Source of the DNA: Candidatus Pacearchaeota archaeon
GTDB taxonomy: Archaea > Nanobdellota > Nanobdellia > Pacearchaeales > GW2011-AR1
Assembly: GCA_016866955.1 (NCBI GenBank)
Contig: VGKT01000002.1
Coordinates: 16,072 to 80,071 of the forward strand
Length of the DNA: 64,000 nucleotides
Direction of reading: 5' to 3'
Both the position numbers and the translations under genes were made by a program. The notes below the pieces were generated by a model. The model was not told the DNA's origin. It worked only from the letters and a program-made list of their open reading frames with translations, and ran no database searches. Positions 48,141-58,361 of this stretch are shown here, piece after piece. The first letter of the stretch is position 1. Every line of letters starts with the position of its first letter.

Positions 48141-50291
48141 ATGATAGCCACTCGTCAAGACCTCATTAAGAAATACTTAGACTATTTCAAAATTAAAAAG
48201 CACCATCACCTTCCTTCAGCCTCTCTTATTCCCGAAAACGATCCAACCGTTCTTTTTACCACGGCAGGTATGCACCCTCTTGTCCCTTATTTGCTCGGTC
48301 AAAAACACCCTTTGGGAAAACGATTGGTAAGTGTCCAAAAATGCATTCGTACAGGAGATATTGATGAAGTAGGGGATACTACGCACCACACCTTCTTTGA
48401 AATGTTAGGAAATTGGTCATTAGGAGATTATTTTAAAAAAGAAGCAATTGAATTCAGCTTTGAGTTCTTAACACACGTTCTTGCAATTCCAAAAGAAAAA
48501 ATCGCAATTTCTTGTTTTATTGGTGACCAAGATGCCCCACGAGATAAAGAATCAGAACAATATTGGAAAGAGAAAGGAATCCCTTCAGAACGTATTGCCT
48601 TTCTCCCAAAAAAGAACAATTGGTGGGGTCCTGCTGGAGAAACAGGCCCTTGTGGACCAGATACTGAAATGTTTTACTGGAAACCTGCAAGCCCTGCCCC
48701 CAAGACTTTCAATCCGCATGATGAAAACTGGGTAGAAATCTGGAATGATGTATTCATGCAATATGAAAAAACAAAGATAAAGGCGATATTAGCAGATGCA
48801 GTTAACGCCCTTATAGATAAAGAAAAAGGGCTTAATAAAGAGCTGGCAGAAATAATATTAAATACAAACAAAAGAATAATAGTAGTTACAAATGCAAACC
48901 CTCAAGAGATTAAATCAAAACTGCAAAATTATAATTTCGAAGTCTTTAGTCTGTTAAAAGAGCCCGATAAATCAAATCCAAAGTACTTCAAAGAGCTTTT
49001 AGAAAAATATAATCTATCTCCACATGAAGTTATCTATTTTGATCATAAAGAAGAAAATGTCAAATCAGCAAGCCAAAATAATATTAATTCAATGCTGTAT
49101 AAAAGCAATGCTCAAGTTAAAGAATTTATTGATAATACTTCGGGAAATTATATTTCCTTAAAACAACAAAATGTAGATACCGGAATGGGAGTAGAACGTA
49201 CCCTTGCCGTTCTCCAAGGATATGAAGACAATTACCTCACAAGCATATTCCAACCACTTATCAAAGAAATAGAAAAGCTCAGCACTAAAACATATGGAAA
49301 AAACAAAGAAGAAACCAGAGGAATGCGAATCATAGCCGACCATATTCGTGCGGCAACATTCATCATAGGAGATAATCGAGGAGTAAAACCAAGCAACATT
49401 GGACAAGGATATGTTGTTCGAAGACTCATTCGTCGAGCAATACGATATATGAAACAACTAGGCATCTCTCCAGGAAATATACCTGCATTAGTAAAAAAAA
49501 TCATCCCTCTTTATTCTGATTATCAAGAACTCCACACCAATAAGGCATTTATTCTCCAACAACTTGAAGAAGAAGAAACAAAATTCAACAAAACCCTCGA
49601 ATCAGGTATCAAAAAGTTTAACGAATTAGCAAAAATGCACAAACAGATCATTCCAGGAAACGATGCTTTCCTCCTCTTCCAATCATATGGCTTCCCTATT
49701 GAAATGACTCAAGAACTTGCCCAAGAACAAGGAATAAAGATAGATCTTGAAGGATATAACACAGAATTTCAAAAACATCAAGATCTCTCACGTACCTCTT
49801 CAGCAGGTATGTTCAAATCAGGACTTGCAGATGATAGTCAAGCAACACGCAAACTCCATACTGCAACGCACTTACTCAATGAAGCACTACGTCAAGTACT
49901 TGATAAAGAGATTAAACAAAGAGGAAGCAACATTACTCCTGAACGTTTACGATTTGATTTTAATTTCCCACGTAAACTTACCGAAGAGGAAGTAAAAAAA
50001 ATAGAACAATGGGTTAATCTAAAAATACAAGCTTCGCTTTCCATCCATCGAGAAGAAGTCCCACTTGCAGATGCAGTAAGTTCAGGAGCCCAACATGAAT
50101 TCGGAGGAAAATACCCTGAAATGGTTTCCGTATATACTGTAATTGATCCTTCAGAATCACGAGGATGGAGCTCAAAAGAATTTTGTACAGGACCTCATGT
50201 TGCAAATACAAAGGAACTCGGTTCATTTAAGATTCTTAAAGAAGAAGCAGTAGCAGCAGGCATTCGAAGAATTAAAGCAATTGTTGCTTAA
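48141..50291 (+). CDS. alaS: alanyl-tRNA synthetase, compact form with a roughly 140-aa inserted domain
   Basis: FTTAGMHPLVPY, HHTFFEMLGNWSLGDYFK, DTGMGVERT and editing-domain HTATHLL / CTGPHV motifs. Carries an AT-rich insertion between WNDVFMQY and DTGMGVER. Confidence 0.85.
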   Translation: MIATRQDLIKKYLDYFKIKKHHHLPSASLIPENDPTVLFTTAGMHPLVPYLLGQKHPLGKRLVSVQKCIRTGDIDEVGDTTHHTFFEMLGNWSLGDYFKKEAIEFSFEFLTHVLAIPKEKIAISCFIGDQDAPRDKESEQYWKEKGIPSERIAFLPKKNNWWGPAGETGPCGPDTEMFYWKPASPAPKTFNPHDENWVEIWNDVFMQYEKTKIKAILADAVNALIDKEKGLNKELAEIILNTNKRIIVVTNANPQEIKSKLQNYNFEVFSLLKEPDKSNPKYFKELLEKYNLSPHEVIYFDHKEENVKSASQNNINSMLYKSNAQVKEFIDNTSGNYISLKQQNVDTGMGVERTLAVLQGYEDNYLTSIFQPLIKEIEKLSTKTYGKNKEETRGMRIIADHIRAATFIIGDNRGVKPSNIGQGYVVRRLIRRAIRYMKQLGISPGNIPALVKKIIPLYSDYQELHTNKAFILQQLEEEETKFNKTLESGIKKFNELAKMHKQIIPGNDAFLLFQSYGFPIEMTQELAQEQGIKIDLEGYNTEFQKHQDLSRTSSAGMFKSGLADDSQATRKLHTATHLLNEALRQVLDKEIKQRGSNITPERLRFDFNFPRKLTEEEVKKIEQWVNLKIQASLSIHREEVPLADAVSSGAQHEFGGKYPEMVSVYTVIDPSESRGWSSKEFCTGPHVANTKELGSFKILKEEAVAAGIRRIKAIVA

Positions 50292-51061
50292 ACAAGTACT
50301 TCCCATAGAAGCACCACCATTCCTAATATCCCCGTATATACTGCAAACCATCGTAAATAGACCCGTCGTATCAATAAACGAGTGAACGCGAAATGTACTC
50401 CACATATTCCTACTCCAAATGCAACCATCGTTCCCCAAAAATAAGAAAGAGGTAATGAAGCTGAACCGAGATGTAACACTTGTGCTCCAAACACAACAGG
50501 AAGGGATAATAAAAATGAAAAACGCACTGCCTCACGTTCAGATAAACCAACCCAAAGGCCCATACTAATCGTGCTTCCTGAACGAGAAATCCCTCGCATT
50601 AAGGACAATAATTGCGCACACCCTATCAAAAAAGCACTTCTGAAGGTAAAGGAGCATGTTCGTCCTGGAGCATAACTACCAATGCTCAAGATCAAACTCG
50701 TTACTAACCATCCCCCACTCAATAAAATCCAAGAAGAGGTTTCTAAAAGCCTAAAAGTATGAAGAACGCCTCCCACAACCGCTAACGGAATAAACGCCAC
50801 TCCTAACAACAACCCCTCTCGTCCCGGCCCTTCTTTCCATGAACCTGAAAGTAAGGCCCGAACAATAGAAACAAGGTCTTCTCCAAAATAAACAAACAAG
50901 GCCATCAAAGTACCAAAATGCAATGCAGATAAGAAAGCAACATCAGGAGTATATCCAACTAATCGTCCAACAAGCAACATATGTCCTGAACTAGAAATAG
51001 GCAACCATTCAGTAATTCCCTGAACAACGGCTAAAAGAAGAGTAATCCAAAGATCTTGCAT
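50288..51061 (-). CDS. uppP: undecaprenyl-diphosphatase
   Basis: GITEWLPISSSGHMLL signature, 8 TM helices. Confidence 0.85.
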   Translation of the reverse strand: MQDLWITLLLAVVQGITEWLPISSSGHMLLVGRLVGYTPDVAFLSALHFGTLMALFVYFGEDLVSIVRALLSGSWKEGPGREGLLLGVAFIPLAVVGGVLHTFRLLETSSWILLSGGWLVTSLILSIGSYAPGRTCSFTFRSAFLIGCAQLLSLMRGISRSGSTISMGLWVGLSEREAVRFSFLLSLPVVFGAQVLHLGSASLPLSYFWGTMVAFGVGICGVHFAFTRLLIRRVYLRWFAVYTGILGMVVLLWEVLV

Positions 51062-51110
51062 CGTTGCACAGGAAAAAAAGAGTTAATAAAGAATTTGTTT
51101 TATTCCGATC

Positions 51111-51266
51111 TTAATAACACTCGGTACACATTAATGGCAATTGTAACTGTTTCGCACGAATCGCACGTAATACCAGAAACTCATTGCCATAGAAGGTATC
51201 ATATTCCACATCAAATGCTTCGCCACACAAGCTACACATTGCCGGGATCAATACTGTTTGTTCCAT
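51111..51266 (-). CDS. small zinc-ribbon protein (51 aa, not in the ORF track)
   Basis: MEQTVLIPAMCSLCGEAFDVEYDTFYGNEFLVLRAIRAKQLQLPLMCTECY, with CxxC...CxxC. GGAGGTGA 7 nt upstream of the ATG. Confidence 0.45.
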   Translation of the reverse strand: MEQTVLIPAMCSLCGEAFDVEYDTFYGNEFLVLRAIRAKQLQLPLMCTECY

Positions 51267-51527
51267 ACCTCGTCACCTCCTTAGAACAAGGCGTATAAAA
51301 TCTATATAACCACACTACAAAAACAAAACAACTATTACGCAAAACAAAAACATAAATACCTAGTCACTCTCAAAAGACAATCTACTGTAAAAAAGAAAAG
51401 TAACAAAAACAAATCAAAAAATCAACGAATACCCCTCTTGTCACTTTCCCCCCTTTAAATACAAAAATACTATTTAAATCAAAAAAGAAAAAAGAAATGT
51501 ATCGATTTGTAACTTAAAAGAGAGTAT

Positions 51528-52205
51528 CTAAGAAAAACGAGCAGAAAGCGATGAAAGAGTTTGAGTAGCATCTCGTGTATAATCAAATCGTTTACGAAAA
51601 AGATATGCGATTTGAGGAGCAGAAATATGATTACAAGAATATGCACAAAAAAGAGCATCTCCCAAAGCATATCCTCGTTGATGAATAACAAAGTCTTGAA
51701 GTGAAAGAGCGCCTCGAGAAAAGCGAGTAATAAAAGAAACAAGTCTGCTCTGTTGAGAAAGAGTCATTGATGAAAAATCAGGGAGATTGACAAAATCACT
51801 CTGACGTTGAGGATAAATAAGTTTTGATCCAAAGTAAGCTAGTGCTTCAGAAAGTATCTGAAATGAAACCGCTTCATCTTCCGAAAGAGAGCCAGTTTTA
51901 ATAGGAGAAAGAGAGGAATGAAGAAAATGAGTTGCTTCTTCAGCAATGTCTCCTACATCATAACGTCCAATGCAAATAACAGGTTGTGAGTCACAGGTAA
52001 AACTATCACCACATACACGATTTCTTTCAAAAAAAGAACGGAAAGAAGCAGGCAAACAAACATCTGAAAAAGAGAATCCGTTTCGCCCTATCCAATAAAC
52101 CTCAGGATAACGATGCACAGGCAAACCAAGTTCTTGAGAGATATCTTCAAGCGCAGAAAAAACCATTTCTTCAACTTGTTCTCGACGAGTTGGCATGACA
52201 ATCAA
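51528..52205 (-). CDS. hypothetical protein (downstream of leuS)
   Basis: 225-aa ORF. No family recognised. Confidence 0.4.
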   Translation of the reverse strand: MIVMPTRREQVEEMVFSALEDISQELGLPVHRYPEVYWIGRNGFSFSDVCLPASFRSFFERNRVCGDSFTCDSQPVICIGRYDVGDIAEEATHFLHSSLSPIKTGSLSEDEAVSFQILSEALAYFGSKLIYPQRQSDFVNLPDFSSMTLSQQSRLVSFITRFSRGALSLQDFVIHQRGYALGDALFCAYSCNHISAPQIAYLFRKRFDYTRDATQTLSSLSARFS

Positions 52206-52234
52206 AAGGAAAAAAGAGGTATTAAAGAATATCG

Positions 52235-54700
52235 TTACTCAACAAATAACGCAGGTTTCCCCGGCTTTGCCTTCCCCGCTTTACCTTGCGGATCATATTT
52301 CTTCGGATCATTCACTGCAAAAACTCTGATAGGCTTTCCTACTCGCTTGGTCAAAGAGTCAGGAGCATAATTTCCTACTTCTTTCGGCAATACATACACA
52401 TACACCTGCGTTCCTTCTTCCCCAGTCTTTTCCTTCACCAATCGCAACACATTCATAATATCGCTTACCGTCTTCTCCACCGCTTGTTCCACAACATCAA
52501 ACGCAGGATTTATTTTAGAAGTATCTACCTTCGGCCACGATTCTGTAGCAATCAAAGTCTTATTACCAAGTCGCGACCATAATTCTTCACAAACATGAGG
52601 AATAATTGGTGACATACCTAGTAAAAGAGATTCATAAGCTGCTCGTGAAATACTTTCTTTCTCTGAGAGAGACGAAACAAGTTCCATAAAAGAAACAATG
52701 CCTTTATTGAATTCAATAGATTCGTAATTTTTTTCTAATTGTGTTAAAAATGAAGCAATTTTATGATCTACAATAGGATCAGACACTTTTCCAACTTTAT
52801 CAGCAAGTGCAATAAATCGTTTAATAACTTTAAAGGCCCCTTCAATTCCTTTATCGTCCCATTCAATAGCTTTATCTGGACTTGCAACAAACATAATGAA
52901 TAAACGTGCAGTATCAATACCATATTTTGCAGAAATTTCTTCAGCAGTGACCGTATTTCCGTGACTCTTACTCATACGTTCTCCACCTTTATGCACAATA
53001 CCTTGATTAAACAATTTTTGAAATGGTTCATCAAAAGTTACAAGTCCACAATCTCGTAAAAATTTGGTAAAGAAACGAGCATATAAAAGATGTAAAACGG
53101 CATGTTCCATTCCTCCAATATATTGATCTGCAGGCATCCAATAAGCAACTTTCTTAGAATCAAAGAGGGCTTTTTTATTGTCAGGATCACAATATCGTAA
53201 ATAATACCAACTCGAGTCAATAAAAGTAGCCATCGTATCAGTTTCACGCTTTGCTTTTCCTTTACAAGTAGGACAAGAAGTTTCAACAAACGCTTTACAA
53301 GTAACTAAGGGGTTGCCTTTACCAGTAAAAGTAACATCAACTGGAAGCTGTACTGGAAGTTGTTTCTCAGGAACGGGCACAATTCCACATTTCGAACAAT
53401 ATACTATCGGAATAGGAGTGCCCCAGTAGCGCTGACGAGAAACAAGCCAATCGCGCAAACGATATTCAGTGGTAATCGCTCCTTTTTTGAGTTTGACAAG
53501 ATGAGCAGAGATAACTTTTTTGGCTTTTTCATTTTCTAAACCATCAAAAGTATCTGAATCAATCAAAATTCCTCTACCAATATAAGCTTCTTTCATTTTT
53601 TTATCAATTTTTCCATTTACTTGACAAATAACTTGTTTGATAGGCAAGGCATATTTTTGTGCAAAATCAAAATCTCGTTGATCATGCGCAGGAACACCCA
53701 TAACAAAGCCCGTACCATAATCTGCAACAACAAAATTAGAAGCAAAGATAGGTAAACGCTCACCAGTAAGCGGATGAAGTGCAAAAAGACCCGTATTAAA
53801 CCCTTCTTTCTCTTTAGTAACATCTAATTTTTCAGAAGCAGAAACAGTTTGTAAAAAAGAACGATATGCTTTCTCTTGAGGAGTCCCTTTCAATAAATCA
53901 CCTAAAAGAGGATGACGAGCAGCACATGTTAAAAAAGTAACCCCATAAAGAGTATCGGGACGAGTAGTGAACACTTCGAAGGATTGTTTTGTTCCTTCTA
54001 AGATAAACGTAACTTTTGTTCCTTCACTCTTTCCAATCCAATTGCGTTGCATTTCTTTAACTCGCTCATTCCATTGTAAAGTATCTAAACCTGAAAGTAA
54101 TTCATCAGCATAAGCGGTAATTTTGAAAAACCATTGTTCCAATTGTTCGAGAGAGACAGGTTGATCACAACGCCAACAGTTTCCATCAATAACTTCTTCA
54201 TTCGCCAAAGTAGTAGCGCAGGTTTTACAATAATTAACTGGTGCTTTCTTACGGTAGGCAATACCTTTTTCAAGCATTTTTAAGAAAATCCATTGATTCC
54301 AACGATAGTAATCAGGAAGATGTGTAGAAACTTCACGATCCCAATCATAACTTAAGCCTAATTCTTTCATAAGTTTTCGAATAGTAGCGATAGCATCATT
54401 AGTATAGGTTGCAGGATGACTCTTGGCTTTAATTGCCGCATTTTCAGCAGGTAATCCAAATGCGTCAAAACCCATAGGATACAAGACATTCTTACCTTGC
54501 ATACGTTTAAAGCGAGCAATAATATCCCCAATAGAATAACACTTAACATGCCCCATATGCAAGTAGCTTGCGGAAGGATAAGGAAACATTTCTAAACAAT
54601 AAAATTTATCCTTTTTCCCTTCTTTTGCTTTAAAGGCTCCTTGTTTTTCCCATTCCTTTTGCCACTTTTGCTCTATTTTCTTAAAATCAAAATCAGCCAT
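52235..54700 (-). CDS. leuS: leucyl-tRNA synthetase
   Basis: HMGH motif (PYPSASYLHMGHVKCY), KMSKS as RMSKSHGN, and zinc-knuckle cysteines. Confidence 0.9.
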   Translation of the reverse strand: MADFDFKKIEQKWQKEWEKQGAFKAKEGKKDKFYCLEMFPYPSASYLHMGHVKCYSIGDIIARFKRMQGKNVLYPMGFDAFGLPAENAAIKAKSHPATYTNDAIATIRKLMKELGLSYDWDREVSTHLPDYYRWNQWIFLKMLEKGIAYRKKAPVNYCKTCATTLANEEVIDGNCWRCDQPVSLEQLEQWFFKITAYADELLSGLDTLQWNERVKEMQRNWIGKSEGTKVTFILEGTKQSFEVFTTRPDTLYGVTFLTCAARHPLLGDLLKGTPQEKAYRSFLQTVSASEKLDVTKEKEGFNTGLFALHPLTGERLPIFASNFVVADYGTGFVMGVPAHDQRDFDFAQKYALPIKQVICQVNGKIDKKMKEAYIGRGILIDSDTFDGLENEKAKKVISAHLVKLKKGAITTEYRLRDWLVSRQRYWGTPIPIVYCSKCGIVPVPEKQLPVQLPVDVTFTGKGNPLVTCKAFVETSCPTCKGKAKRETDTMATFIDSSWYYLRYCDPDNKKALFDSKKVAYWMPADQYIGGMEHAVLHLLYARFFTKFLRDCGLVTFDEPFQKLFNQGIVHKGGERMSKSHGNTVTAEEISAKYGIDTARLFIMFVASPDKAIEWDDKGIEGAFKVIKRFIALADKVGKVSDPIVDHKIASFLTQLEKNYESIEFNKGIVSFMELVSSLSEKESISRAAYESLLLGMSPIIPHVCEELWSRLGNKTLIATESWPKVDTSKINPAFDVVEQAVEKTVSDIMNVLRLVKEKTGEEGTQVYVYVLPKEVGNYAPDSLTKRVGKPIRVFAVNDPKKYDPQGKAGKAKPGKPALFVE

Positions 54701-54732
54701 GACACACCCTCAAAAACGAATAATATAAACCT

Positions 54733-55110
54733 TTAGAACCCAGTATCCAAACCAGCAAGAAGACCTTTCTTTCGTAATTGTGTCAACATAGATCCTTGAT
54801 ATTTGAAGATCAAATCGCCCTTTTCAGGATCATCAGGCCAAACAGCAATCAATACGTAATCCCCTGGTCGTAACCATAATCCTCGGCGATACCGACCAGG
54901 TACTCGACAATTACGACTCTTTCCATCAGTACTTTTTACTTCCATTCTATTACCCCCATAGCGCTGTACAATTACTCCAATTAATTCATCTTTCTTAGGA
55001 AGACGCGCCCGAACAACAACTTCTCCCCCTTCAACAACAGGTTCTTCACTCTCTTCTTTTACTTCTTCAAAATCTCCATATGCATCATCAGCCATACTGC
55101 ACGTCCGCAA
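54733..55110 (-). CDS. eif1a: translation initiation factor 1A
   Basis: S1/OB pattern (GVIVQRYGGNRMEVKSTDGKSRNCRVPGRYRRGLWLRPGDYVLI). N-terminal acidic extension. Confidence 0.85.
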   Translation of the reverse strand: MRTCSMADDAYGDFEEVKEESEEPVVEGGEVVVRARLPKKDELIGVIVQRYGGNRMEVKSTDGKSRNCRVPGRYRRGLWLRPGDYVLIAVWPDDPEKGDLIFKYQGSMLTQLRKKGLLAGLDTGF

Positions 55111-55127
55111 TCTCCATTTAAAAACGT

Positions 55128-56081
55128 TTACAACTGTTTATACAAGAAACCGTAAAAGAAATAAAGAAGAGGGATAACAATAAAGATATAAGCAAAAGAA
55201 AGCAACAATTCAATTCCTTCTCCAAGAAAAGCATACGTACCAAATGAAAAAGTCAGTCTTAGTAAGAAAAAGGGAAGAGCACAAACAAAAATAGTCAAAG
55301 CCAAAAGAAGTGAATAGCCAAACACGTTCCATCGTTTTCCACGCATTCGTGCCCAAACTGCACGAATTGCCGCAAATCCAGTCGTTTTACGAGCAACCAC
55401 TTCATATAAGGTAAATGAAACGCCCAACAACCAATACCCTCCCAGAAAACATAAACCAATCATACCGACAATTCCCACTAAAGAACCAAATGAAAGAATA
55501 TCGGGATTGTCAAAAGAAAGAATCTGAGAAAGTGTCAAAACAAGTACTGTACCAAAAAAGAGTAATAGTCCCCCTAAAACAAGCACCAATAACAAAGCAA
55601 GAACACTCACAAAGAAAGAACCAAATCGTGCACGAGCATCGCGCAATAATACTCTTGCAGGTTTAAAGGTCCCAAAGAAACCAATCAATAACGCCAACAT
55701 ACCAAGTAAACCAAAAATACTAGTAATAATGCCAAGGAGGGTTTGTATTCCAAAGAAAGGCAATAATTCTTGTTGTAATTCTGTCAATATAACTTCTTGT
55801 GCCTTAAGAGCACTTACCAAAGATTCAGAAGCACCCTCTAAAAAAATTGAAGAAAGTAATGATTGATAGTGTGCTTGTGCTGCTTCATATTGTACTAATG
55901 CACCCTGTACACCCATAAGGTGAGCAACACCTTCTGAAACAAGCAACAGTACAAGAAGAGGAAGAAACATACAAATGAAAAGAATACTCGCAATCGTTTT
56001 CAAATGCAATTGGTATAGTTTCCAAGAAGAAGTAAGTAACGAGCGAAACGTCATTGTACTTTCACCATAAAGAGCATACAA
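55128..56081 (-). CDS. hypothetical polytopic membrane protein
   Basis: About 8 TM helices. No family recognised. Confidence 0.5.
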   Translation of the reverse strand: MYALYGESTMTFRSLLTSSWKLYQLHLKTIASILFICMFLPLLVLLLVSEGVAHLMGVQGALVQYEAAQAHYQSLLSSIFLEGASESLVSALKAQEVILTELQQELLPFFGIQTLLGIITSIFGLLGMLALLIGFFGTFKPARVLLRDARARFGSFFVSVLALLLVLVLGGLLLFFGTVLVLTLSQILSFDNPDILSFGSLVGIVGMIGLCFLGGYWLLGVSFTLYEVVARKTTGFAAIRAVWARMRGKRWNVFGYSLLLALTIFVCALPFFLLRLTFSFGTYAFLGEGIELLLSFAYIFIVIPLLYFFYGFLYKQL

Positions 56082-56119
56082 AGAACACCTATTTAAACCC
56101 CTCGCCTATAGAATGAAAG

Positions 56120-56626
56120 ATGATCATCATCCATAGTACCCCCACGCTTTCTTCAACCAGTCCCGAAGCATTTACGCTCCATGAAAAGTCTTGGATAGGT
56201 GAAAAAGTACAAAATCGCATCGAATATATGCCAGTAGAAGCACTTTTTCTTCTAGAGAGAAGAAAAGCAAAGATAGAAAGTACAAAATCTCTCTCTCACA
56301 CGCAACTTATTACTAAACTCAAGAAACAAGATAAACATATTCTCACCACCTACGCAACTTATCAGGATCTTCGTACCAAAGGATATATTGTAAAGTCCGC
56401 TCTCAAATTCGGAGGAGATTTTAGAGTCTACGAGAAAGGCACCACACCTGAAACAACGCACGCAAAATGGATTGTGCATACATTTCAAAGTACGCAAAAA
56501 ACAGACTGGCATAACATCGCAGCAAAGCTCCGTGTCACCCACGCCACTAAGAAAGCATTCCTCATCGCCCTTACTGACCGAGACAATTCTGTTTCTTATT
56601 ACGAAATGAACTGGCAACGTACCTAA
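56120..56626 (+). CDS. endA: tRNA-splicing endonuclease (homotetrameric type)
   Basis: Catalytic-domain pattern YQDLRTKGYIVKSALKFGGDFRVYEKG...H.KW.VH. Confidence 0.8.
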   Translation: MIIIHSTPTLSSTSPEAFTLHEKSWIGEKVQNRIEYMPVEALFLLERRKAKIESTKSLSHTQLITKLKKQDKHILTTYATYQDLRTKGYIVKSALKFGGDFRVYEKGTTPETTHAKWIVHTFQSTQKTDWHNIAAKLRVTHATKKAFLIALTDRDNSVSYYEMNWQRT

Positions 56627-56700
56627 CCCTTTATTTCACAATATACACAATATCAGGGAAGAATATAACATCTTTTATACTCTCAAACTTAATTAAGAAG

Positions 56701-57675
56701 ATGATTAACGCAGAGAAAGTAACTGAAATAAAATCCCTGATCATGGCTTTTGTTCAAGCTCGCGGTCCAAGCCTTCCCGTTCATATTGCTCGAGATGTCA
56801 CAATCGATCCACTTTTCGCCTCAGCTTTTCTCTCTGAACTCTTTCGCGAACATAAACTTCGCATGTCTCATCTCAAGGTAGGAAGTACTGCCCTCTATTT
56901 GCTTCCCGGACAAGAGCAACAATTAGAAAATTTCACGCACTATCTTAATCAACGTGAACAAGAAGCTTATCATCTCATCAAAAAAGCGGGGCTTATTGCA
57001 CATCACCAACTCAACCCCATTATGCAAGTTGCCATCACCCATATTCCTGATTTTGTTCAATCACTTGAACAACAAGGAGTCAAATATTGGCATTATGCAT
57101 TTCTTCCAGCCGAAGAACTCAACACAAGACTCAATCAACTCACCAAACCGACCATTAAAGAATCGTATCTTGAAGAACCTGAACAAAAAAAGGAACTTCT
57201 TCCTTCACCCAGTAGTTCACTTGCCGATATCAAACAAGCAATTGTAGAACAAGAAACTGCCTTCAAAGCAATACAACAAAAACCCCGAAAAGTAAAACAA
57301 CCAAAACAAAAAGCTCCCCCTCAGTCACTCCCCACCTCTCTCTCATTCTCTCCTCAACCAGAGCAACTGAAACCCCTCTTACCATTTACTCAAATAAGTA
57401 AAACATTCCTCGAAAGCAAGCACTTTCAATCAATCAACATACAAAAAGAAGAGAAAAAAGAATGCCAAATACAAGCAACAAAGGAAACAATTACCTATAC
57501 AATTCTAGCTAAAAACCGTAAAAAACTCCAAGAAACCGATCTCCAAGAAGCAATCACCCTTCTCCAATCAAATCGCACCCCCCTTATCCTTATCTTCCAA
57601 GCGCCGTTAGATAAAAAAGGCCTTGCTCTCCTCGAGCCCTGGAAGAACCTCATTCAGACTCTTTCTTTGACATAA
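56701..57675 (+). CDS. hypothetical protein (possible winged-helix N-terminus)
   Basis: 324-aa ORF. No confident family. Confidence 0.45.
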   Translation: MINAEKVTEIKSLIMAFVQARGPSLPVHIARDVTIDPLFASAFLSELFREHKLRMSHLKVGSTALYLLPGQEQQLENFTHYLNQREQEAYHLIKKAGLIAHHQLNPIMQVAITHIPDFVQSLEQQGVKYWHYAFLPAEELNTRLNQLTKPTIKESYLEEPEQKKELLPSPSSSLADIKQAIVEQETAFKAIQQKPRKVKQPKQKAPPQSLPTSLSFSPQPEQLKPLLPFTQISKTFLESKHFQSINIQKEEKKECQIQATKETITYTILAKNRKKLQETDLQEAITLLQSNRTPLILIFQAPLDKKGLALLEPWKNLIQTLSLT

Positions 57676-57706
57676 CCTTTAAATACCATTTTTCCACCAC
57701 CTAGAC

Positions 57707-57994
57707 ATGGGAAGAATCAAATCATTGATGGTAAAGCGTGCAGCTAAGCAAATCAATGCACAAACCACCACGTTTACTGAAGGATATGAACATAATAAGA
57801 AACTCTTAGGAAAAGGCCTCCTTCCAAGTAAATCAATACGAAACAAAATTGCAGGATACATTGCTCGTATGAATAAAATGAAACGCCTTTTCTCTGAACG
57901 TGAAGCTCGTAGACTTGCTCGTGAAGAAGAAAAGAAAGCAAAATTAGCTGAAATTGCAGCAAAAATGCAATCCCAAGATATCCAAGCTGCCTAA
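57707..57994 (+). CDS. rps17e: 30S ribosomal protein S17e
   Basis: MGRIKSLMVKRAAKQI...SKSIRNKIAGYI matches S17e conservation. Confidence 0.8.
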   Translation: MGRIKSLMVKRAAKQINAQTTTFTEGYEHNKKLLGKGLLPSKSIRNKIAGYIARMNKMKRLFSEREARRLAREEEKKAKLAEIAAKMQSQDIQAA

Positions 57995-58038
57995 GAACCT
58001 AACAAATAATTTTTCTCTAGCATATTTCTTTTTTTTAA

Positions 58039-58110
58039 TGGCTGTAGAGAGAATCGAACTCTCGACCCCTGCCTTATGAGAGCAGTGCTCTACCACTGAG
58101 CTACACAGCC
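58039..58110 (-). tRNA. tRNA-Met (anticodon CAT), elongator type
   Basis: Hand-folded. GGCTGTG-TA-GCTC-AGTGGT-AGAGC-A-CTGCT-CTCATAA-GGCAG-GGGTC-GAGAG-TTCGATT-CTCTC-TACAGCC-A. Confidence 0.85.
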
Positions 58111-58160
58111 GTAGCAAGCAACGGGGAAGCGTTTATAAGGTTTTCAGCCCATCCCTTTTT

Positions 58161-58358
58161 ATGGCACTTGAAACAGTAGTGAGTGAAGTCACGGGAATTG
58201 TCCGTTGGCTCCAAGCACTAGGTATTTTACTCGTAGGATATGTCGTCTTTGAAATCATCACTTTTTATATCAACATTCGCAGATATCGTGAACTTCTCAA
58301 AATCAAAGAGGATATGATACGTATTGAAAAGAAGATTGACAAATTAGGAAGAAAGTAA
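58161..58358 (+). CDS. small hypothetical membrane protein
   Basis: 65-aa ORF with one TM helix and a basic tail. Confidence 0.3.
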   Translation: MALETVVSEVTGIVRWLQALGILLVGYVVFEIITFYINIRRYRELLKIKEDMIRIEKKIDKLGRK

Positions 58359-58361
58359 AAT

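Noticed and set aside
48762-49174. Intein in alaS
   Set aside because: The inserted segment lacks the N-terminal Cys/Ser, block B TxxH, the homing-endonuclease motifs and the terminal HN that define an intein. It looks like a Rossmann/HAD-like fold instead.
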